The translations under genes and the position numbers were made by a program. From Planctomycetota bacterium (GTDB lineage: Bacteria > Planctomycetota > Phycisphaerae > WQYP01): a DNA stretch of 64,000 nt. The stretch covers positions 3,521 through 67,520 of the forward strand of contig JAKAEZ010000001.1 of NCBI GenBank assembly GCA_021819825.1, written 5' to 3'. The number at the start of each line of letters is the position of its first letter. The first letter of the stretch is position 1. Below are positions 41,071 to 49,150 of the stretch, one piece after another. The notes under the pieces were generated by a model. It was not told the DNA's origin and did not search any database. It saw only the letters and a program-made list of their open reading frames with translations.

Positions 41071-42591
41071 ATGATAACAAGATATATTCCTGTGGGTGTC
41101 TTATTTCTGATTAGTTCAGTGACGAGCGCACAAGCTGGAACTTTTTATGTTGATGCGCGGCATGGCGCGGATACCAACAATGGCATGTCGATACGCACAG
41201 CCTGGAAAACGTTGCGCCGCGTGAACCACGCACATCTTGTGCCTGGAGATCATGTTCTGTTCAGGAGCGGTAATGTGTGGCGAGGGTCACTGATACCTGA
41301 TGCGTCCGGAAGCGCGGGCCACCCTATTGTGTTTGCACGGTATGGAAAGGGACCGCTGCCGTTAATTGCGGCCGGGGGAAAAGCCAAGGATGCGGTTCGA
41401 CTTTACAACGTGCAGTATGTTGAAGTGCGCAGCTTAGCGATAACCAACCATGGGAAAACCACCGCCGTTCGCCGCGGCGTGGACGTGGTGTTGGACAATT
41501 TTGGAACCGCCCACGATATTGTTATTGAAGATTTATATATACACGACGTAAATGGTACGCCCAAACAGAAAGATGACGGAGGCATCGTTTTTCAATCCCT
41601 TGGCCGAAAGGTTCCAAGCCGTTTTGATGGCTTGTATATCAGGCGGAATATTATATGGAAAGTGGATCGCTCCGGAATTGTTGCCAGGAGTTCGAATGTT
41701 GCACGCTCGCGATGGTTTCCGAGTCTTCACGTGGTTATTTCGGATAATTTCCTCGATGATATCGGAGGAGACGGTATTGTTCCCTGGACAACTCAAGGTG
41801 CGGTTGTAAAGTGGAATATTGCAAAGCGGTGCAGCCAACGATTTCATCAATACAATGCCGGCATCTGGGAATGGAGCGCTGATGACACCTTTTTCACAAT
41901 GAACGAAGCATTCGATACCAAGAGCACACGCGACGGCGAAGGTTTTGATTGCGACTATAACTCACGCGGCACGCATTTCTATCGAAATTTCAGCCACAAT
42001 AACGATGGCGGCTTTATGCTTATCTGCACACCGATCAACCACAGTACCGCGGTAAACGCCGGCAACAGCGGGTCGGTTGTAAATGAAAATATCAGTCATG
42101 ATGACAAAGGCTTGCTGGTTAACTTAAGTAGCGCGGTGAACGTGACGGTTAAGAACAATCGATTCTATGTGGGACCGCAGTACCACGTTGACTTTCTTAC
42201 CAACAAATGGGGTGGCTGGTCCAACAATGTCTGGATCGTTGACAACCAATTTTTTATCAAAGGTGCGGGAAGCGTGACCTTTGGACATGGCGTTAAACGG
42301 ATGAGCAACGGTTCGTATCTGATTGCACCCGGTTGGGGTGGCGTTACGAACCTTCACTTTGTCGGTAATACCTATTCGGGCACGGTATTGAATTGGCCAA
42401 AACAATCGCCAATGCGTGATGCGAAGGGGCCACGGCCTGTTGACATTAACTGGTCTTCCGAACCGATGTTCAATCCGCGACATCCACTTGACTATCCGGC
42501 CTACCTGAAAGCCCATCACGCTTGGATGGTCCGTTTGTTTCAGACGGTATTTCCAAGTCCAACCGCACCGCGAAATCCACCACGGAAATAA
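41071..42591 (+). CDS. right-handed parallel beta-helix (pectate-lyase-fold) secreted protein
   Basis: Signal peptide ..SSVTSAQA, then FYVDARHGADTNNG..AWKTLRRVN..PGDHVLFRSG and repeated NH/ND-rich beta-helix turns. Confidence 0.75.
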   Translation: MITRYIPVGVLFLISSVTSAQAGTFYVDARHGADTNNGMSIRTAWKTLRRVNHAHLVPGDHVLFRSGNVWRGSLIPDASGSAGHPIVFARYGKGPLPLIAAGGKAKDAVRLYNVQYVEVRSLAITNHGKTTAVRRGVDVVLDNFGTAHDIVIEDLYIHDVNGTPKQKDDGGIVFQSLGRKVPSRFDGLYIRRNIIWKVDRSGIVARSSNVARSRWFPSLHVVISDNFLDDIGGDGIVPWTTQGAVVKWNIAKRCSQRFHQYNAGIWEWSADDTFFTMNEAFDTKSTRDGEGFDCDYNSRGTHFYRNFSHNNDGGFMLICTPINHSTAVNAGNSGSVVNENISHDDKGLLVNLSSAVNVTVKNNRFYVGPQYHVDFLTNKWGGWSNNVWIVDNQFFIKGAGSVTFGHGVKRMSNGSYLIAPGWGGVTNLHFVGNTYSGTVLNWPKQSPMRDAKGPRPVDINWSSEPMFNPRHPLDYPAYLKAHHAWMVRLFQTVFPSPTAPRNPPRK

Positions 42592-42977
42592 TCTCAGGCT
42601 CATCCTCAGTGCCAGCCGCACGCCGCGCAGATCGTTCCTGATCAATCAGCGAGCTATACGGATGAATAAAACGTGCTCTTGAGAATAATATCGTATGTGA
42701 CACCGCGCTCAAATCCATTTCAATTCTTCAGGCCGCCCGAAAGGCATGGAGTATTATAGATGCGTTACGAAACCCAAAACCACACTTCGGATAATAGCGA
42801 CTCGTTAGCCTTATATTACGCGCCATCCTGGTCCCATTACGTCCGTAAACGCAAGCGGGATCCGGTAGGCTGTATCGGTCACTATGCTGCGGCGAGGAGG
42901 TGACAAATTCAGCCTTGAAATATGCCACATTTGACCCAGTTGTCGCAATAAGTTTGGCCCAAAAGAATCCGAGCTGT

Positions 42978-43041
42978 GTTACAATTTCAGAAGTTTTTTT
43001 TAAAAAATTGGCCTATTAATTCTGTTGTTACAGACTATAAT
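42978..43041 (+). promoter_or_regulatory. copy A of shared promoter-like motif (GTTACAATTTCAGAAG-T9-..AAATTGGCCTATTAATT-..-TATAAT)
   Basis: TTGGCC 43008-43013 and TATAAT 43036-43041 (22-nt spacer). Near-identical to copy B. Confidence 0.5.
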
Positions 43042-43204
43042 TTATTACGAAGATTGCATGGTAACCACACGTCGCCGGTTGCCATGCAAGAACATATTAC
43101 CGTTTTACAACGCGGGTTTAAGCGGTGGTAGTCACAAAGTTGTATTGCTGGCCTGATTTTCAGGCAGTCCAAGTTAGACGGTTTCTTTTTTAGGAGTACG
43201 TACC

Positions 43205-44179
43205 ATGAACACCCTGTTAAGTAATCGCATGTCACACAGCCGCCGAGGAAGCGGAAAACCGGGGTTTACGCTCATTGAATTACTGGTGGTGATATCCATC
43301 ATCGCGCTGTTGATCGCGCTACTTATGCCGGCGTTGGCCAAGGCCAAAGCGGAATCACTGAGTATTGCCTGCCTTGCCAACCTGCGGTCTCTTGGCCAAT
43401 TGACCGATGAATACGCACAGTCCTATCAGGATGCGATTCCCTTTGGCACATCAACGGACACGAAGTGGCCCAATCAATGGGGTGAATTCTCCTGGGATGC
43501 TCTTTTGTTTTCATTTAAACAAGGCATCCGTCCAACGCCAAGTTGGGGGCTTACCTACAGCAACGGCAATCAATATGGATTAAATACACCCGGCATGGCA
43601 GTCGCGTACAACGCCCTGTTCGACTGCCCGGCCCAATTGATTGTTCCCCCAACTTATACTGCGCACACGTCGTATTCGGCAAATCCCAACTTTTTCACGA
43701 ATTACACCACATGGTCCAACAAGACGTATACATTCAAAATTTCCCAGATTACCGATCCGGGTCAGGCAATTGCCATCGGCGACGCCAACCAGCCAACTCC
43801 TCCCGATACTTGGGACGAGTATACGTTCGATTGGCAACAGAACTCCAACAAGGGGTATACTGGTCCAGCCAACAAGTACATGAGTTACCCGAATTACCTC
43901 GTGCCAGCCAACGGGCTGATTGGCGGCGGTACCGCCAATGAGGATACTCCAAATTGGGTAAGCGGTTACGGCCTGCGTTACCGGCATATGCAAACCGGCC
44001 CCAACAGCGGCTACGCCAATGCGGTATTCTTCGATGGTCATGCCACCAGCATTCCCATCAACAACAATATTCCGGGTGCGGCACCGGGTGGTGCTGGCAC
44101 CATTGGATCAGTTGGCCTGAGAATACTTAATATCATTAATCCGAATTTGCCCGAAAGCTATAATCAGGGCCCATGGTAG
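43205..44179 (+). CDS. prepilin-type N-terminal cleavage/methylation domain protein, DUF1559 (H-X9-DG) family, paralog 1
   Basis: G|FTLIELLVVISIIALLIALLMPAL leader and a C-terminal ..NAVFFDGHATSIP motif. Confidence 0.9.
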   Translation: MNTLLSNRMSHSRRGSGKPGFTLIELLVVISIIALLIALLMPALAKAKAESLSIACLANLRSLGQLTDEYAQSYQDAIPFGTSTDTKWPNQWGEFSWDALLFSFKQGIRPTPSWGLTYSNGNQYGLNTPGMAVAYNALFDCPAQLIVPPTYTAHTSYSANPNFFTNYTTWSNKTYTFKISQITDPGQAIAIGDANQPTPPDTWDEYTFDWQQNSNKGYTGPANKYMSYPNYLVPANGLIGGGTANEDTPNWVSGYGLRYRHMQTGPNSGYANAVFFDGHATSIPINNNIPGAAPGGAGTIGSVGLRILNIINPNLPESYNQGPW

Positions 44180-44197
44180 TTCGTACTCGGGCTTCCA

Positions 44198-44236
44198 GGT
44201 CCTGTGGCTTGAGCAAATTCATCAAGCGACAGGATC
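44198..44236 (+). terminator. conserved intergenic hairpin (terminator/attenuator-like), copy 1
   Basis: ggtCCTGTGGCTTGA-9 nt-TCAAGCGACAGGatc followed by ATTTT. One G-G mismatch. Confidence 0.4.
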
Positions 44237-44415
44237 ATTTTAGAAACGGAATCAGGAAAGGAGTGTTGCCAAAACAAGAGAACTCGCACGAAAATATTTT
44301 TCTGGCGACTTATTAAACCACAATTTATTGACGGAACTAAAATACTTAGGCTTACAGCTTTGAATGATCAGAGCGGCCAATTTCATCAGCTATTCCATAC
44401 TAAGGAGAAAGAGTT

Positions 44416-45246
44416 ATGGAACGGAAAAATCTCATCCTCACGTTAGCGGCACTTGGTACAATGGCATCAGCCAGTGGCGTGTTCGCAACCAATATCCCGA
44501 TTGTCAACCCCAATATGGATGAAATCTACATCAGTCAAGCCAATTACCAGTCGAGCCTGACGAATCCATTGAATGCCATCACCGCCACGCTAAGCGCGAC
44601 GAATGGCGGTTCAAGCGTGACGCAGAAGGGTTCTGGGGGCTTGGGAACCACCACCTTTACTGATCCGGTGACCTATTCCGATGGATCCGTCAGCTCAAGT
44701 GGCTATGTCCCGGGATGGTCTGGGAGTGGTGGTGTAGCCGCAGACCCTAGTGCGGGCAATATCCCCGCTGGAACCTACCTTCAGGGCTATTACTTTAACG
44801 CTTACCAGATTCTATCCACAGATGTCCAGCCCAACACAACGTATACCCTTACGGCAAATATCGGGACAATTTATGTTTCCAATGGCTACTGGCAAGGCGA
44901 TAATCTTGATCTCTCCTATGGTGCTTCTGTTAGCGGCACGACGTTTAATGCAGGGACGGATTTAGCCGGTTTCAATGTTAAAGGAACGCAAACGTCGGGG
45001 TCCGGTGGTTATCGCCCCGCATATCAGAGTTTCAATCAGGTGGTCTTTACCGCCACGACCGGTGCGTCAGTATCTGGACCATTGGCCATCGAGTTTGGAA
45101 ATTATTATTCAGGCTCAGGTGAGCTGTCGGCGTTCAGCGGTTTTACCCTGTCGACTTCCCCGGCGGCCGTGCCAGAGGCTCCGACGCTGGCTTTGTTGGG
45201 AATTGGGGTCTTGGCACTGCTTGGTTTAAAGCGTAAACGGGCTTAA
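44416..45246 (+). CDS. small secreted beta-sandwich (lectin/CBM-like) protein with PEP-CTERM anchor, paralog 1
   Basis: Signal peptide. YVPGWSGSGG motif. C-terminus VPEAPTLALLGIGVLALLGLKRKRA. AAGGAGA ribosome-binding site. Confidence 0.8.
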   Translation: MERKNLILTLAALGTMASASGVFATNIPIVNPNMDEIYISQANYQSSLTNPLNAITATLSATNGGSSVTQKGSGGLGTTTFTDPVTYSDGSVSSSGYVPGWSGSGGVAADPSAGNIPAGTYLQGYYFNAYQILSTDVQPNTTYTLTANIGTIYVSNGYWQGDNLDLSYGASVSGTTFNAGTDLAGFNVKGTQTSGSGGYRPAYQSFNQVVFTATTGASVSGPLAIEFGNYYSGSGELSAFSGFTLSTSPAAVPEAPTLALLGIGVLALLGLKRKRA

Positions 45247-45270
45247 CATACCTTTCGCACGCGGTTTATG

Positions 45271-45318
45271 AAGCGGGCTGTGCGGCCGTTTGGCGCAGCC
45301 CGCTTATTTTCTTTTTTT
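45271..45318 (+). terminator. strong intrinsic terminator
   Basis: 13-bp GC-rich stem AAGCGGGCTGTGC/GCGCAGCCCGCTT with a 9-nt loop, followed by ATTTTCTTTTTTT. Confidence 0.75.
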
Positions 45319-45330
45319 GGAGCATCGTGG

Positions 45331-46848
45331 ATGAAACGACGTACCTTTCTGCAAGCGGGAGCTGCCTCCGCGATTGCCGTTCGAGCGGCTAACCCAAACA
45401 GTAAGCAACGCAGGCCGAACATTCTGGTGTTTCTCACGGATGATCATGCACAATGGGCACAGCAGCCGTATGGAAATCCGGACGTGCGAACCCCCAACAT
45501 GAGTTGGCTGGCGGAACATGGCACAAAAATGACGCAGGCGTTTACGACCTGTCCGGTGTGCTCACCCGCCCGAGCTTCATTTTTCACCGGGCGCATGCCC
45601 TCGCAGCATGGCATCCAAGACTGGTTGTATGAGCCATCGCATATTACCGACAATTGCCTCAAGGGCCAGACGCTGATTTCCCAACCACTGAAAGCGGCCG
45701 GATATCGCACAGGTCTGGTGGGCAAATGGCATTGCGGAGCCACACGGTTCCCCAAGCCCGGTTTTGACTACTGGTTCAGCTACTGGGTTTGGCAATATCC
45801 GCATTTTGGACATCAGAATTTTTCAAACCAGGGTAAACTTCTGCACGAATTTGGCAATCAATCTGAGCTTCTGACGGATCGAGCCATCGAATTTCTCAAG
45901 CAGGGTCGAACCGGCGGCAAGCGCGACGAGCCTTTTTTTCTGTTCGTCAGTTATACCGATACACATTCGCCGCATATTCAAGCTCCCAAGCACTATGTGG
46001 ACTACTACAACAACCAGCCGCTAAATTATTTTAAAGTTCCACCCTTTGCTTCCTGCCATGGGCAGATTGCCAACCCGGGAGATGGCGTACCGCATTTACC
46101 ATCGGAACAACATGCCCGATTGGCGCAATACTATGCGGCGGTGAATAATATTGATCATCAGATCGGGCGGGTACTGGCCACGTTGAAAGAACAGGGAGAA
46201 TTGGATGATACCATGGTGGTATACACGGGCGACCACGGATTAAATGGCGGCCATCACGGTTTTTGGGAGAAAGGCAACGCCACCGTACCACAGAATTTTG
46301 TGGATCAATCCATACGGATATCATCGATAATATCATGGCCCAACGGCGGCGTGCGAAAGAATGTTTCCAGCGACGCAATCGTCAGCCACCCTGATTTATT
46401 CATGACCATTCTGGATGTTGCCAATGCGCATCCGGATGAGGCCACGATGGCCAAAATCAATTCGCCGGGAAAGTCATACCTGCGACAGCTTCGCGGCGAA
46501 TCGGTTCCGCACTGGCGCGACGCGATTATCTGTGAATACGGGAATGCTCGTATGATCCGCAATGATCACTACAAGCTGATCCTTCGGTATCCGTTCCATT
46601 GGGTTGAAGCCCCCAATGAGCTTTATGATCTTCAGGCGGATCCCCATGAACGGACCAATATATATAACCGTCCGGAGCATCAGCAGACCATTAAACAACT
46701 GGCCGCTCGAATCGATGCTTTTTTCAAAGTCTATACGGTGCCGGGAAATTCCGGTCTTGACTTGGAGCACCAACCGGAGCCAGACCCATACGCCCCGTGG
46801 ATTTTAATGGCCCGCCGTGACTCGCAATGGACGATCCGAGATTATTAA
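45331..46848 (+). CDS. Cys-type sulfatase with twin-arginine signal
   Basis: MKRRTFLQAGAA.. Tat motif. LTDDH..CPVCSPARASFFTGR (CxPxR formylglycine motif). GDHG. Confidence 0.9.
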   Translation: MKRRTFLQAGAASAIAVRAANPNSKQRRPNILVFLTDDHAQWAQQPYGNPDVRTPNMSWLAEHGTKMTQAFTTCPVCSPARASFFTGRMPSQHGIQDWLYEPSHITDNCLKGQTLISQPLKAAGYRTGLVGKWHCGATRFPKPGFDYWFSYWVWQYPHFGHQNFSNQGKLLHEFGNQSELLTDRAIEFLKQGRTGGKRDEPFFLFVSYTDTHSPHIQAPKHYVDYYNNQPLNYFKVPPFASCHGQIANPGDGVPHLPSEQHARLAQYYAAVNNIDHQIGRVLATLKEQGELDDTMVVYTGDHGLNGGHHGFWEKGNATVPQNFVDQSIRISSIISWPNGGVRKNVSSDAIVSHPDLFMTILDVANAHPDEATMAKINSPGKSYLRQLRGESVPHWRDAIICEYGNARMIRNDHYKLILRYPFHWVEAPNELYDLQADPHERTNIYNRPEHQQTIKQLAARIDAFFKVYTVPGNSGLDLEHQPEPDPYAPWILMARRDSQWTIRDY

Positions 46849-46940
46849 ACTTACCGCAAAGGGGCCTTGGATTTCTGCTGCGACCCGCAAATTGGGCCGC
46901 TGCTTGCTATAGGATTTTGCCTTTTGATGGAATAGCAATT

Positions 46941-46990
46941 TTTATGTTCTCAAATTGGCCATGATCGCCGCCACTGAAATACTGTATAAT
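46941..46990 (+). promoter_or_regulatory. partial fifth copy of the promoter-like motif (T-rich..CAAATTGGCC-N24-TATAAT)
   Basis: TTGGCC 46955-46960 and TATAAT 46985-46990, upstream of ATG 47034. The upstream GATACAAAA block is poorly conserved. Confidence 0.3.
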
Positions 46991-47033
46991 TCAATCGCCT
47001 GCAAAAAGTTTTTCAGGTTGAAATGAGCCTTAC

Positions 47034-48956
47034 ATGATCACAAAACGTAGCATGATTAGCCTGATGTGTATATTGGTGCTAACGCTGTGCATGCAGCACG
47101 TTGCATTTGCGCGAAGGTACCGGCGGCCCAGGCCAGTGCCATTAACTCCAGTTGGGCAAAGGCTTGCGGTCGAGTATTCCGCCATGTTGCAAAGCCTAAG
47201 ACAAAAAATTATAAACGCGCTACCATCCATCAAGCCGGGGATGGAGAAGCGCTTTATGGCTGCGTACCGTGCCGAGACGGCCTGTAAGCCATACCTGCTT
47301 AGCCCCACCTGGGTGTATCACGTTGGAGAATCCCGTGCTTTAGCGGCGCGAGAGATTGCTCGTGCCCGTGGCAGCAATAAGTCTTATGCCGATGCACTAA
47401 TCCGTTGTCAAAACGCGGCCACTCCGATTCTAGACCAAATTAACGGCTTCCTTTCGAGAGACAACCTTGATGCCGTGCTGGTGAAAGCCTCCATTCTTGG
47501 GTATGCCACGCCGCGTGGGCTGGCGGCGTTTGCTCAGCAGTCTAAATCGAATGAAGCACTGATCCATTCGTTGCTGGCCAACCCGGCACTGATGAAGCAG
47601 ATGCAGTCCGCTGACGGTCCACGAAATGGCAACTACGGGCGGGCGATGCAGATTTATAATACCATTGAGAAATCGAGTCCGCAGGCTCGCCACGGAATTC
47701 TCCAGCGCGTGGCGCTGGCGGTGGCGCTGGTTCAAAAGCCCCTGCGGGCGACATCCGCATTTAATCCAGTTCGCAGATATTATAATTACCAGCAAGCCTA
47801 CTTGAAGAGGCAGCTCGATCCGGTGTTTCCGACACTCACGACGTGGCAATGTCAGTTTGTGGTTAACGATTCCTATCCGAACCGGGATATTTCATGGTTT
47901 CGCCACATGCTGATGAACTATGAACCCGATTATGTATTCAGCGGCCACTACCTGAATATTGTCCACACGGATGTGGGATACAACGCCATGCATTATGGCT
48001 GCGTATTGGGAAACAAGCCTTCTCAGTTGATTGCCGGTGGCGGTGAATGCGGTGCGCGGGCTTGGATTGGCCGCCTGGCGGAGCGGGCATTTGGTATCCC
48101 CACATGGGGCGTCAAGCAGCGCGGTCATGCCGCTTTGAGCATCTGGACCCGCAATGGCTGGATTACCCAGTTCAGTGCCGGCTGGCAATGGGTATGGTGG
48201 AATAAGCGCGGTGGATTAAATTTTTACTTGGAAACTCAGGCTCGACGATACCCCCGGCAATTCATGAAAGTATTGCGTGCGCAATGGGTCGCCGCTGCGA
48301 TCGGTGAGCAAAAGCCGAATCCCAGGGTTCCCGGCACGGGTGGCTTTTGGTATGCCCTGGCAATGAAGGAGCAACGCGCCATCGTCGCCTCGGGTGGGCC
48401 AACGCTACAAGTCCCAACTAACGCACAGTTAGCCAGAATGTACGGACCCACCCAAGCACAGATGGTAGAAATGGCACCTGTATCACGAACGGATTTGGAA
48501 GTTACGACCGATAGTCATGGTGTTATTACCATTCCGGCGGCGGCGTATGACAACCACGCACGACGAGTGCCGGGTGTTACCACGATGAAGAGCTTTTCAG
48601 GTGGTTTGCAAATCTATTATCATTGCGGACAGCCCGCGTGGAAAAAACACCATCCCTTCCAATATATTGTCAAGGCAAGCCGGTCTGGAAGGTATGAAAT
48701 GCAGGCACAAATTGATTCCGTTAAACCTACCGAACATTTAAATTTGTTGGTGAATCACCGTTCGGCCCCGGTCACGATTACCATTCCGTGGACCAATGGC
48801 ATGTGGCAGCAGACCAAGCCCGTGGAAATCACCCTCATCCGGGGCGATAACACCTTGACGTTTAACCGCGGCCAAGACACGGGGTTTCCTGCAAAGGGAA
48901 TCTTTGCCTTAAGCATTAAAACATTGGTCCTGACCCCGCGTAGTGTGAATCAGTAG
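47034..48956 (+). CDS. secreted protein with a possible transglutaminase-like Cys/His core and a C-terminal CBM6/35-like module
   Basis: Signal peptide. GGECGARAWIGRLAERAFGIPTWGVKQRGHAAL. C-terminus ..GRYEMQAQI..LLVNHRSAPVTITIPWTNGMWQQTKPVEITLIRGDNTLTF. Confidence 0.5.
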   Translation: MITKRSMISLMCILVLTLCMQHVAFARRYRRPRPVPLTPVGQRLAVEYSAMLQSLRQKIINALPSIKPGMEKRFMAAYRAETACKPYLLSPTWVYHVGESRALAAREIARARGSNKSYADALIRCQNAATPILDQINGFLSRDNLDAVLVKASILGYATPRGLAAFAQQSKSNEALIHSLLANPALMKQMQSADGPRNGNYGRAMQIYNTIEKSSPQARHGILQRVALAVALVQKPLRATSAFNPVRRYYNYQQAYLKRQLDPVFPTLTTWQCQFVVNDSYPNRDISWFRHMLMNYEPDYVFSGHYLNIVHTDVGYNAMHYGCVLGNKPSQLIAGGGECGARAWIGRLAERAFGIPTWGVKQRGHAALSIWTRNGWITQFSAGWQWVWWNKRGGLNFYLETQARRYPRQFMKVLRAQWVAAAIGEQKPNPRVPGTGGFWYALAMKEQRAIVASGGPTLQVPTNAQLARMYGPTQAQMVEMAPVSRTDLEVTTDSHGVITIPAAAYDNHARRVPGVTTMKSFSGGLQIYYHCGQPAWKKHHPFQYIVKASRSGRYEMQAQIDSVKPTEHLNLLVNHRSAPVTITIPWTNGMWQQTKPVEITLIRGDNTLTFNRGQDTGFPAKGIFALSIKTLVLTPRSVNQ

Positions 48957-49150
48957 CATGATTCACAAATAACATGTCGAAAATTATATATATACCGCGT
49001 CCAGTGCGTACTTCCATTGGAACACACCCAGTAGCCTGCGGCCCGGTGGTTGCTCTGGGTGATTTTTATTCGCGTGCGAGCACTCAAACACTTGTATTCG
49101 AATCTGATCGCCACGCCCAATTCCATGTGCGTCGCAAAGTTTCCTGGAAG

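Noticed and set aside
42592-42960. Possible HigB/RelE-like toxin remnant (minus-strand 66-aa ORF 42728..42928 ending ..ASIILHAFRAA)
   Set aside because: Only a short ..LHAF.. resemblance to Gp49/HigB C-termini. The ORF is too short, no antitoxin HTH is visible, and the similarity could be chance.
43323-43514. 63-aa antisense ORF conserved at 62559..62750
   Set aside because: The conservation simply reflects the near-identical duplicated DNA of the DUF1559 genes. There is no independent coding evidence.
48945-48966. Perfect 8-bp hairpin GTGAATCA-6 nt-TGATTCAC overlapping the stop codon of 47034..48956
   Set aside because: No U-tract on either strand. It is too weak to call a terminator.
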